Source: a virus (Duplodnaviria > Caudoviricetes). Taken from it: a stretch of DNA of 64,000 bases. Where the stretch lies: the IMG/VR virus record IMGVR_UViG_3300025936_000002, positions 1 through 64,000 of that record; one strand, given 5' to 3'. The notes beneath the pieces are model-generated. The model was not told the origin of the DNA and ran no database searches. It was given only the letters and a program-made list of their open reading frames with translations. The translations under genes and the position numbers were made by a program. Positions 18,214-26,580 of this stretch are shown here, piece after piece. How positions within the stretch are numbered: position 1 is the first letter of the stretch; the number at the start of each line of letters is the position of its first letter.

Positions 18214-18798
18214 TTAGCTCATCTGGATGTTGATGAGCTTGAAGCGGCCGTAGAATCCGCCGTTGGCCGGGCGGAAGCGGCCGAGCCCTACGAAGGTGCC
18301 GGCATCCTCGAAGGCCTTGGCTAGCACGTCGCGATTGATGACCTCGTCCAAGACGTAGATCGTCGAGGTTGCACGCCACGGATTCAAAATCCGGGGCATG
18401 CAGCGCTTGACGCGGGTCCCGCCGGGCTTGCCGTTGGCGTCGAGGAACAGCCATTCACCCTCGAAATCGTCGAGGGTGGCCGGGCGCCATCCGTTCTTGT
18501 CGTTCGACTTGAACAGCGGAAGCTCGTCGGTGATCAGGATCCCCGACTTGAAGCGCTTGGTGTAGGTAGCATTGCGCTCGCCCGGGATCTTCCCGAGGTA
18601 GGACGACGCCGACTCGAGGCACTTCTTGAGCATCATCGGTGGAATGAACGGAGCGCCTGCGGCGTTGACGTGGATCCGTTGCCTCCACGTCCGCTTCTCG
18701 AGTTCGTCGGCGGTCTCCTTGCCCTCGCGCTGCGGATCGTAGAATCGCGATGGGCTATGTGGACTGATTCCCTCGATCGTCACATTGGCTGTCTTCAT
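18214..18798 (-). CDS. Stand-alone Cas7/RAMP-like protein
   Basis: N-terminal strand NVTIEGISP, PFIPPMMLKKCL helix, and C-terminal G-rich loop FVGLGRFRPANGGFYGRF followed by a final beta strand. This is the RAMP motif order. Confidence 0.72.
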   Translation of the reverse strand: MKTANVTIEGISPHSPSRFYDPQREGKETADELEKRTWRQRIHVNAAGAPFIPPMMLKKCLESASSYLGKIPGERNATYTKRFKSGILITDELPLFKSNDKNGWRPATLDDFEGEWLFLDANGKPGGTRVKRCMPRILNPWRATSTIYVLDEVINRDVLAKAFEDAGTFVGLGRFRPANGGFYGRFKLINIQMS

Positions 18799-18811
18799 TT
18801 GTAGTTACCTC

Positions 18812-18871
18812 TCGTTACAACTTGTATCGGCTTGGTTAGCTTCGTTACGTGTTGATTCGGCTCGTGTCGGG
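18812..18871 (-). repeat. Pentamer array 3 (12 NN-CGA units)
   Basis: Plus strand tcgtt acaac ttgta tcggc ttggt tagct tcgtt acgtg ttgat tcggc tcgtg tcggg; directly upstream of the RAMP-like RBS. Confidence 0.82.
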
Positions 18872-18891
18872 AAAGACTACTTCTCGCTGAG

Positions 18892-19395
18892 CTACTTCTC
18901 GCTGAGCGCTTCGAGGGTGGTTCCGAGTTCCAAACGTGAGTTGGCAACCTCGACGGCTCCACGGATCTTGCGTTCGGCCTTCGGCGTCGCGAGATGGTGG
19001 AGCGTTCCAACGACGGCAAGCTTGGTGTTGTACTCCACCTGCTCTGCCGGCTGCAAGGCATTGTAGTTCTTGACGCCGTAGACCAAGGCGGCGGCGGCTT
19101 TCTTGGTCTCGCGGCGGACGTGCTTGATCGTTCGATCTGCAACCGTAGGTACTGCAGCATCGGCGACGTGACGCCACCCTTGGTTGCGTTCGCGGACGAT
19201 CAAGATTTTGTGCTCCTTCAGGAGCACGTTCTTGACCGTCCGCATGTATTTGTACCATACAGCTCGTTGCGCTTTGGTGGCCTGATCGATCTGTTCATCG
19301 GTAATGAGGCCGCCTACGGGCACAGCTTTGATCAACTCGACGATGGAGTTGGTGTAGGCATGTCGATTTCCATGTATTAGCAGTTCTGTCGTCAT
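18892..19395 (-). CDS. Partner protein of the RAMP-like gene (helical, possible winged helix)
   Basis: 167-aa ORF flanked by arrays. KILIVRERNQGWR resembles a wing; the C-terminus is helical. Confidence 0.65.
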   Translation of the reverse strand: MTTELLIHGNRHAYTNSIVELIKAVPVGGLITDEQIDQATKAQRAVWYKYMRTVKNVLLKEHKILIVRERNQGWRHVADAAVPTVADRTIKHVRRETKKAAAALVYGVKNYNALQPAEQVEYNTKLAVVGTLHHLATPKAERKIRGAVEVANSRLELGTTLEALSEK

Positions 19396-19410
19396 CGTTT
19401 AAATGGCCTT

Positions 19411-19475
19411 TCGTTACGTTGTGGCTCGCCTCGTTTCGACACGCTTCGGGCCGCATCAGCTCATCTCGTGGCGAT
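19411..19475 (-). repeat. Pentamer array 4 (13 NN-CGA units)
   Basis: Plus strand tcgtt acgtt gtggc tcgcc tcgtt tcgac acgct tcggg ccgca tcagc tcatc tcgtg gcgat. Confidence 0.82.
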
Positions 19476-19489
19476 TAATGGTCTGCTAC

Positions 19490-19650
19490 TGCTGAAGCCT
19501 AGTGGATGTACTAACCAGATCGGCTACTAGGATGCTACTAGGATGCACCGTGGTTGGTCCAGCTGAGCGCTGCAGGAGTGCCCCTGGATCTAGTGGTGGC
19601 CCAGATCGCGTTTTCGACAGATTGGTTAATACATCCACTACGCATCAGCA
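19490..19650. repeat. 28-bp imperfect inverted repeat enclosing 105 nt
   Basis: 19490-19517 tgctgaagcctagtggatgtactaacca against the reverse complement of 19623-19650, tgctgatgcgtagtggatgtattaacca: 25/28 identical. Confidence 0.8.
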
Positions 19651-19655
19651 TCCTT

Positions 19656-19746
19656 TCGTTACGTTACGATGCGCCTCGCCTCGTATCGACTTGTTTCAAG
19701 TCGGCACAAATCGACTTGTTTTCGCTTCGATTCGCATCGGCTCGCT
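19656..19746 (-). repeat. Pentamer array 5 (18 NN-CGA units, one 1-nt phase slip)
   Basis: Plus strand tcgtt acgtt acgat gcgcc tcgcc tcgta tcgac ttgtt tcaag tcggc acaaa tcgac ttgtt t tcgct tcgat tcgca tcggc tcgct; 18 nt downstream of the recombinase stop. Confidence 0.85.
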
Positions 19747-19764
19747 AACCACAAACAACCTACG

Positions 19765-20736
19765 CTAGCGGTCTGACATTCGTCGATGGACCAGATCGGC
19801 CAACCAAGGTGGCGTCGAGTTGCGGACCCGGCCGCCGATCTCTCGGGCATCCATGTAGCCGCCGAGGGCGCCAAGCTTGCCCAAGCTGTGATGGGTGATC
19901 GCTGCGATCTCTTGGGGCTTTTGGCCCATCGCCTCGCGCCAGGTCACGAACGTATGGCGAAGCAGGTGGGGGTTGATGTGTCGGAGGCCGGCGAGCTTGG
20001 ATCGCTCTGAGAAGATCTTGGCAACTCCAGACATCGATAGCACTTTGTCAGTCGGCCTAAACGGGGTTGAACTGATGGCAGATCGCCGCAGAGGACAAAA
20101 CACCGGACCCGTTAGCTGCTGATATCGATCAAGAACAAGCAACCATTGGTTTAAGGCTACGAGCGAAATATCTGAGAGGGGTACCCAATCTGGATCTCTA
20201 CCTTTGAGCGGCACAAAGGCAGCTGGATAAGGCCAGGGGCCCAGAGCGTTCAGAGTTAGACCTTCGCTGCGTATCCCCAGCAGCGACATGCAGCGCATGC
20301 CGGTCTCGAGGCCGACGACGATCAGCGCAAAATCACGGATGCCAGCGTAGCTGTGATCGCAAGTATCGAGGAGCGCTCGGGCCGAAGCCTCGTCGAGGGC
20401 CAGCTGCGGTTTTCGATCTTTGGCCTTGGCTGTAGCCACCCGAGCGAAGTCCAGATCGTCGTTGTTCTCGTAGTGGGCAAACCATCGACTGGCGTAGCCA
20501 ACGGACTGCATCAGGCGATTGGCGCTCTGAGGTTTCATCCGCTTGAGGAGCTCGTCGTAGAACACGGCGGCGGCCTTGCGGGTCCAGTTGATCGGGTTGC
20601 TACCGACGAAGGCAATCCACTGATCCAGATCGCGGAGATAACGGCTCTTGGTCGTCTCGGCGATGTTGTGCGCCGAGATCACGATCTCGTGCAGCTTGCT
20701 TTGGGGGACGGGGGGGCTATTGCCAGGCGATTTCAT
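19765..20736 (-). CDS. Tyrosine recombinase/integrase
   Basis: RDFALIVVGLETGMR (Arg I), PHLLRHTF (HxxR), ITHHS (His) and GGY (Tyr); N-terminal SAM-like domain TKSRYLRDLDQW. Confidence 0.88.
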   Translation of the reverse strand: MKSPGNSPPVPQSKLHEIVISAHNIAETTKSRYLRDLDQWIAFVGSNPINWTRKAAAVFYDELLKRMKPQSANRLMQSVGYASRWFAHYENNDDLDFARVATAKAKDRKPQLALDEASARALLDTCDHSYAGIRDFALIVVGLETGMRCMSLLGIRSEGLTLNALGPWPYPAAFVPLKGRDPDWVPLSDISLVALNQWLLVLDRYQQLTGPVFCPLRRSAISSTPFRPTDKVLSMSGVAKIFSERSKLAGLRHINPHLLRHTFVTWREAMGQKPQEIAAITHHSLGKLGALGGYMDAREIGGRVRNSTPPWLADLVHRRMSDR

Positions 20737-21337
20737 CGAGCTTCTTCCGCGCGCGTTCGCCAAGCGGCAAAAATTCGATTGCCTCGGTCAGTAGTATCCA
20801 TGGTAGTTCCTTTGAGATCCGACCGGAATCAGGTCCGATGGTAGCTACCTCGTGAAGCGTATTAGCGCCATTCCATGACCAAATGCGCTTAGCGGCGGTC
20901 AAAATGGCCTCTTTGCCGTCTCGACGAAACAGGCGGCCATAGTGAATCCCAGCAGAGTAGGTACGGACTACAACCCATTCGCCGATGTCTTGTTCGATGC
21001 TTGAAATAGAAACCACGCTAGTCTCCTTATTTGTTAGATCCCCGTCCCCGGACCCGGACCCGTACCCGGACCCGGACCCGTCCCCGTCCCCGTCCCCGTA
21101 CCCGGACCCGGACCCGGACCCGTACCCGGACCCGGACCCGTCCCCGTCCCCGTCCCCGGACCCGTCCCCGTACAGAAAACCTGCAAGCGATGGCGCCCGC
21201 CAAAAGGCGGCCCCTTGATCTCCGGCCCCTTCGTACCAATCGGCGGTTGTTGCTCGTGCGTCCAGCGAGTCGACCGACTCAGCAAGCAATGCGGCTAAAC
21301 GCACAGTGGATTCATCCCCGCCATGATAGCAACCCAC
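20717..21337 (-). CDS. G/S/D/Y low-complexity linker + DUF6948-like domain (start uncertain)
   Basis: GDGSGSGYG repeats, then VVVRTYSAGIHYGRL...AKRIWSWNGANTLHEVA. Confidence 0.65.
   Translation of the reverse strand: MGCYHGGDESTVRLAALLAESVDSLDARATTADWYEGAGDQGAAFWRAPSLAGFLYGDGSGDGDGDGSGSGYGSGSGSGYGDGDGDGSGSGYGSGSGDGDLTNKETSVVSISSIEQDIGEWVVVRTYSAGIHYGRLFRRDGKEAILTAAKRIWSWNGANTLHEVATIGPDSGRISKELPWILLTEAIEFLPLGERARKKLDEIAWQ
21042..21172. repeat. Hexamer tandem repeat (cccgga/cccgtc/cccgta) with 60-bp higher-order duplication
   Basis: Lines 21061 and 21121 start with the same 38 nt; encodes alternating Gly-X. Confidence 0.9.
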
Positions 21338-21648
21338 TCTTCGGCGGTTGGCGGACGGAAGACTCCGACGGGCTCGGTGTAGTGCTCGATTCCGTTTGCG
21401 GTGTCGTACGTACGATAGGCATATTCGCCCTCCCAGATGGAGATGCCTTCGGGGGCATCGCCCAATCCAAGATCGTCGAGCTGGTTACCGCTTGCAGAGA
21501 TCTCGAATTCGATCATCGAGTCGTCTGAGCACCAGACGACGCAACCGCCGTGATCGCCCCTGGCGACGACCGCTCGTGAGGGCTTCTGGTACGGTTCTAC
21601 TTCAGGCGCGTCGATGTCAACCTCAGTCGATAGGGCGACGTTCATCAT
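21295..21648 (-). CDS. Hypothetical acidic protein
   Basis: 117-aa ORF containing LGLGDAPEGISIWEG; ATGA overlap with the upstream gene. Confidence 0.55.
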   Translation of the reverse strand: MMNVALSTEVDIDAPEVEPYQKPSRAVVARGDHGGCVVWCSDDSMIEFEISASGNQLDDLGLGDAPEGISIWEGEYAYRTYDTANGIEHYTEPVGVFRPPTAEEWVAIMAGMNPLCV

Positions 21649-22106
21649 GATAGGCCATCCGGGTTGGTGAGTGCGTTGCGTAGGGAGCTGATTGCAAGGT
21701 TGATCAGCGACGCCGCGAGATGACGATCGTACACGCGACGCATGGAGCCGCTGATACCTTTACCTGAGGCTTGGAGTGCGGCTTCTCCTGCGTGGCGCAA
21801 GGCGACGAGCGCTTGGTGGCAAAGGCAGTATTCGAGGAGCATCGCAGCTGCGCGGAGGATTTGCGTCGCGTGCGCTTGAAGCAATGGGGCATCGTAGCTC
21901 CGTAGGCGATCGACGTCCGGCGCGGTATGGATGATCGCCTCAACGTGTTGCCGGGCAGCCTGCGCGAGAGACGTCGACGAATAGGCCGATTTCGAGCTTG
22001 GCTTGCGCTGTACGCGCTTTTTGAGGCGTTGACGGTCTGCGGGCGCAGATCCGAGGGATGGCCGCGTGGAGCGGCCCACACGGCGTTGGGCGATTCGTCT
22101 GGACAT
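21645..22106 (-). CDS. Hypothetical helical protein
   Basis: GGAG RBS, basic N-terminus, Ala/Leu-rich helices. Confidence 0.5.
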   Translation of the reverse strand: MSRRIAQRRVGRSTRPSLGSAPADRQRLKKRVQRKPSSKSAYSSTSLAQAARQHVEAIIHTAPDVDRLRSYDAPLLQAHATQILRAAAMLLEYCLCHQALVALRHAGEAALQASGKGISGSMRRVYDRHLAASLINLAISSLRNALTNPDGLS

Positions 22107-22137
22107 GGCTGGAAGGCTCCTCAGGCCTGTGTCTAGC

Positions 22138-22152
22138 TAACTACTTGTAATC
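22138..22152. promoter_or_regulatory. Candidate operator, variant TAACTACTTGTAATC
   Basis: Intergenic; matches the dyad motif at 28438 and 45478 with a different central dinucleotide. Confidence 0.45.
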
Positions 22153-22210
22153 ATTACGTTTTACATAGGTATGGCATATTCCCAATATGCCGTACCACAG
22201 GAGATTGAGG

Positions 22211-22468
22211 TCATGGCTTCCTTGGGTAGTCAGGATCGTCGGTGAAGATGAACACGTGACAGCCGCTGCGATCGACATGGCGACGGTTCACGCCACTCCG
22301 ACCGACAACCTCGACGATGGCCGACGCAAACACCCGGAGCCTGCGCTCGGAGGTGATCCGGATCGGGCGCAAGTCCATCATCGGTGCGGCCCGCAGACTA
22401 GCGCCGAGTCCGAGGAGCTTGCGCCAGGCCGTCCGTTCGTGATCGTTCATACGCAACGTCTTGCTCAT
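22211..22468 (-). CDS. Hypothetical protein
   Basis: ATG at 22468 overlaps the upstream stop. Confidence 0.4.
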   Translation of the reverse strand: MSKTLRMNDHERTAWRKLLGLGASLRAAPMMDLRPIRITSERRLRVFASAIVEVVGRSGVNRRHVDRSGCHVFIFTDDPDYPRKP

Positions 22469-22875
22469 TGTTTGGTCGCTTTGACAGCCAAGGCCGCGAC
22501 GACCGGACCGTGCTGACAGATCATGATGTGTCGACGGATCTCCTCGAGCGACATCATCGGGATGGCTTCCCAGGCCTCTTGGGTGTCTCCGGCCGCTTCG
22601 AGACACCACATGCATTTCGCCCCGACAGGTTTTTGCGTGAGAGCCCAGTCGAAGCGCTCGGTGAGGATACCGAAGGCGCGTGCGAGGAGTGCGCAGTTCT
22701 CAGCTGCGATAGTCAATGCAGAGCGAGCTTCGTGATGCGTTTTTGCCGCCCACGTTCGTTTCAGGCCGACGCAGGGCGTACAAATATCCTCAGCGAGGTC
22801 TAGCGCGCGATCGAGGAGCGCATTCTCCTCTTCCTCAGTTTTGGGGGCTGGAACCTCCACCGTAATATCGTCCAT
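22465..22875 (-). CDS. Hypothetical protein with Cys/His motifs
   Basis: MDDITVEV start after AGGGGAAG; CTPC, CMWC and HIMICQH motifs. Confidence 0.5.
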   Translation of the reverse strand: MDDITVEVPAPKTEEEENALLDRALDLAEDICTPCVGLKRTWAAKTHHEARSALTIAAENCALLARAFGILTERFDWALTQKPVGAKCMWCLEAAGDTQEAWEAIPMMSLEEIRRHIMICQHGPVVAALAVKATKQ

Positions 22876-23181
22876 TTTATCTTCCCCTCGATTCCCAGAT
22901 ATGCACATCGCAGTACGTTCGACGCGAAGCTCAGTTGTGCCCTCAGTGGTGCCCCGTTTGGGTCGAATCGCGCCTGAAGTTATGCGATAGCCGCGCTGCT
23001 TGAGCGCCCATTCGACCCGGCAATACTGTATTTCATCAGCAGACATCAATTCTGACATACGTGGGTCTGGTGCCGCAGCGCTAGGTAGCTCTGCGATCTC
23101 ATCAGCGCTCCAAGTACGCGTGCCCTCTGTGATGCGGATGCGCGTGATAGTACGGATGCGCGTGATGGGCCCCATGATGAT

Positions 23182-24192
23182 CTACTGGCCGTTGAACTTC
23201 TTGAGGATGCTCTCTAGGCGCTGATCACCGGGCTTGCCGGTGGTGACGAGCTTGAGGGCGGCCATGACGCCCTCGAGATACGCCGTCGTCTTGTCAGAGC
23301 GGGCCTTGGGGAGCTCCTGCTCTACGATGTAGGCCTCGAAGCGGATCTGATCCTTGCGTAGCATGGCCTCGACGCCCCGGGCTGTCTTCTTGCCCTTGCC
23401 CCGCTTCATGAGCTTGATGACCTTTTTATCGGTGGGAGGCCCATCCCAGGACAGACAGGTCGCCAGAAACTCATTCTGCTTCTCTGGATCTTCCTCGCGG
23501 CAGAGCATTGCCGCCGCCGAGAGGTTGATTCGACCTGCCGCCACCATCTCCTTGGTTTTGTCGGTGGCGACCGTTACGTAGCGTGTGAGGTCGCGGACAC
23601 GTTGCTCGGTCAGGCCGACCTGTTGCCCAACCAACGCGTAGTCGTTCTGCGTCGCATCGAGCAACTGGGTCATGAGCGTCAACGCCGTCTCCATATCATC
23701 GGGGTGGACCTGATGATTTTCAGCGAGGAGACGTTGCAGCGCGACCGCCGTACTGTACTCAGCCGCCTTGCCCAAGCAAGGCAACTGGATCAGCGGGAAC
23801 CCCCGCGCGAAGCATGCCGCGTTCGCCTCGCGATCGCTCTGATCGGCCACGCCGCAATGACGCTTGCGGGCGGCATTGGCCCGCCGGGCCCCACGTGTCC
23901 GCATTTGGCCGGTCTCGACCGTCGGCACGCCGTTGCGACGGACGATCGTGATCGCCTTGATCACGCCTTGTGCGTCGATGCTCTCGACGAAACCATCCTT
24001 GAAGATCTGCTCCAGCCGCTTTGGCCGGAACAGTGGATCGGCGGTGGTGGGCGCCGACGTGTCGAGCGGACCCCGCTCGTCGGGATGCTTGACGTGATCC
24101 TTTCCACCCACGAGAGAGACCTCGTCGGGGAAGAAGATCGGGATAGAGCTGTGACGCGTGTCGAATGCCTTTTTGCTGGTTGCTTCGCTCAT
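23182..24192 (-). CDS. ParB/Spo0J-like protein
   Basis: FVESIDAQGVIKAITI and TGQMRTRGARRA (degenerate GxRR box), ENHQVHPDD, then HTH YALVGQQVGLTEQRVRDL. Confidence 0.7.
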   Translation of the reverse strand: MSEATSKKAFDTRHSSIPIFFPDEVSLVGGKDHVKHPDERGPLDTSAPTTADPLFRPKRLEQIFKDGFVESIDAQGVIKAITIVRRNGVPTVETGQMRTRGARRANAARKRHCGVADQSDREANAACFARGFPLIQLPCLGKAAEYSTAVALQRLLAENHQVHPDDMETALTLMTQLLDATQNDYALVGQQVGLTEQRVRDLTRYVTVATDKTKEMVAAGRINLSAAAMLCREEDPEKQNEFLATCLSWDGPPTDKKVIKLMKRGKGKKTARGVEAMLRKDQIRFEAYIVEQELPKARSDKTTAYLEGVMAALKLVTTGKPGDQRLESILKKFNGQ

Positions 24193-24546
24193 GGTTTCCC
24201 TTTGGGGTATCTTGGATCTATGCACCCGCGGCATGACACGCGGCGCGCAAATTATAGGCCAGTTGGTACTTTATCGTTGTAGATCAAACCGATCGGCTCA
24301 ATGGGGCTGGGCGAACTCGGAGTCAGGCGGGGAACGGACGGTCGCCCCGAATCAGCGGATGCGCCCAGCGGATCGCTTCCCGGGCCGAGTTGTCGCCGTG
24401 GCGACTGGTGCGGACCACGCGTGGTTTGCGAGCAGCCAACCGACCACATTCGCGAAGTACCCACTGCCCCGAGACCAGCTCGAGGACGAAGCGCCAATCG
24501 CCCGTCGCGTACATACCGCGGCGCACGCGTTTGAGGGTGCAGCGGA

Positions 24547-24852
24547 TCATGCGTCGTCCAATCTATCGACGTTGACAACGCGCGTCATCGTTGGTGCGTC
24601 CTCGAGCGCTTGGCGCAGCCCGACCGCTTCGGCGCACGCTCGGCGTGCCTGTGCCACCGTCTCCGGGCCGTGCTTGTCGGGGTTCCTGGCGATGTTGCAC
24701 TGCACCGCCAATTCGTAGTCTTTTTCAGCCCAAGCTGCATCGTGGAGAGCCGCAAGGTCATCGTCGCTGAGGCTTCCAGCTGTGACCATCTGCCTCGTGG
24801 CATCTGGATCGTCAATAACAATAATGATTTCGTCATCCATCGTTTTCGTCAT
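24547..24852 (-). CDS. Hypothetical protein
   Basis: 101-aa ORF in a tightly packed leftward run. Confidence 0.45.
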   Translation of the reverse strand: MTKTMDDEIIIVIDDPDATRQMVTAGSLSDDDLAALHDAAWAEKDYELAVQCNIARNPDKHGPETVAQARRACAEAVGLRQALEDAPTMTRVVNVDRLDDA

Positions 24853-25156
24853 CCAACGTTAGAAAATTAGGGTGCTTCGGGACCAAGGCGGTTGCGGCGC
24901 TCCAACCGCGCTGCCTCGACGACTTTTCGCATGTAATCGGCACTGGCGAACAGCCCGCCGCCGACGTTGCGCGGCTCGATGCCATCGTCCTCGAAAGGGG
25001 CCTGGAGGATCGGCTCGGTGGGCCGCTCGATCGGCAAGGTCTCGATCAGTTCCTCGTTGTAGATCAAGATTGTATCGTCGTCGTCGGGCACCGTTCGCCT
25101 ACCTTTTATGGGTTAGATACCCTACAACGTATTGCAGTGAATACGCTCTAGGGAGT

Positions 25157-25495
25157 CTAGCTCCGCTCCGCCCGCCCCTCGAACGTCATCGTAGGCTTGG
25201 CGAGCTCCGCCCGAACGGCTTCGAGCACTGCGCGACCCTCACCAGAGCGCAGGGGCAGCGCGTTGCGGAACTCCTCGACGACGCTGACCGTATCGAGGCA
25301 GCAAGCCCCGACAGTGATCTCCCGAACGATCTGCTTCCCGATGCCGCCCCGATCGGGGCGCCAGGAGCCCCCACGTGTCGGGGGCGGATAGGCCCGCGGG
25401 CGCTGCGGATGCTCTACGACCTTATCCTTGATGGGAACCCGGAACGACTTCTCTCCGGGATCACTGACCTTCTTGCATTTCTCACAGATGAACAT
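25157..25495 (-). CDS. Hypothetical zinc-binding protein
   Basis: MFICEKCKK and GACCLD motifs; GAAGGA RBS. Confidence 0.55.
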   Translation of the reverse strand: MFICEKCKKVSDPGEKSFRVPIKDKVVEHPQRPRAYPPPTRGGSWRPDRGGIGKQIVREITVGACCLDTVSVVEEFRNALPLRSGEGRAVLEAVRAELAKPTMTFEGRAERS

Positions 25496-25677
25496 GTGTC
25501 TTCCTTCGGCTAAACGTTGGAGGGTACGAGCGGGACAGAGCGGGGATTGCCGCGTCCACGATGGCGTCTATCCAGGCGGGCGTCCTCATGCCGGCACCGA
25601 GAGCGAGGCGACCCACGCCATCGCAGCAAGGTGGCGCACGTACGCCGCCACTATTGTCATTTCGGGGTGTCATCCCA

Positions 25678-26346
25678 TCACTCCTCCGATCTGTTCGGCC
25701 CGGGCGAAGGGTTGCGCCACCTCTCGACCGCCCGCTCCTCCCATCCAGGCTCAGGCTCGACCTCGGGCAGGTCGCGGATGCGGGCAGCGACGGCCCGGTC
25801 TGCCTCGTCGAGGTCGTCCTCAGTGGCCATCGCCTCGCCCATCGCGAGCCGCTCGAGGCACGTCTCGATCTGCGCGCGCCACGACGGGTCCAGGATCGTC
25901 ACCTGGAGCCCGGCGCGGATCTCCTCGGCGGTGCGGCCGGTGCCCGGGTCGATCACCACGGCCACGATGGAGACCTCGCGGAGCGTGCGCAACCAGAGGC
26001 GCGAGGGGACGGCCTCGAGCTGGACGTCATCATCGAGGGCGCCCTCGGAGGGTCGCGTGAGCGCGTAGGCCTGCGGGACGCGGGTCACGAGACGCGCCGC
26101 TCCTGCGTCATATCGAGACCCACTCCGGCGCGGGCGCCTGCCCGCTCGTACGAGCGACGGATCTCTACCTCGTTCCTTGCCGACTCCCATGCGGCGGCGA
26201 CATCGGCGACGACGCCGCGGAGCGTCCGATGAATGGGACGCGTCAGGGCGATCGGGCCGATCACGAGGAGGCCGGGGTGGCGTGGATTGTTCCTGCCGTG
26301 GCCATGGTAGGCGTACCACCGCAGGTCGGATGCCCACTGGCGGCAC
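25678..26346 (-). CDS. Hypothetical protein (true start probably near 26100)
   Basis: Only the C-terminal part (LVTRVPQAYALTRP onward) is protein-like. Confidence 0.4.
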   Translation of the reverse strand: MPPVGIRPAVVRLPWPRQEQSTPPRPPRDRPDRPDASHSSDAPRRRRRCRRRMGVGKERGRDPSLVRAGRRPRRSGSRYDAGAARLVTRVPQAYALTRPSEGALDDDVQLEAVPSRLWLRTLREVSIVAVVIDPGTGRTAEEIRAGLQVTILDPSWRAQIETCLERLAMGEAMATEDDLDEADRAVAARIRDLPEVEPEPGWEERAVERWRNPSPGPNRSEE

Positions 26347-26580
26347 AGGCTGACGGTGGAGTGCTCGAGGCGGTCGGCGACGAAGAGAGCGGCAGAGCGA
26401 ATGATGTCCATGGTCATGGTCGGTGTCCTTGCTGGGCCGCGCGTGCGGCCCTGTATCTAGAGATCCCTTTCTGGGGCGGATCGATCGTCGAATCGATTAC
26501 GACGCGGCTCGCTGCGAGAACGTCGTCGTCGAGATCGACCTCGGCTGGGCGCGTGAGCGCGTAGGCCTGTCGATGGCGGG

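Noticed and set aside
16130-19746. Classical CRISPR array or mini type IV locus
   Set aside because: There is no constant 23-50 nt repeat with unique spacers, the period is 5 nt, and no cas5/cas6/cas1 motifs are nearby.
20985-21528. RV-, RT/RP-, GT/GP- and DP-repeat ORFs
   Set aside because: Alternative frames of the hexamer repeat; only the G/S/D/Y frame joins a recognisable domain.
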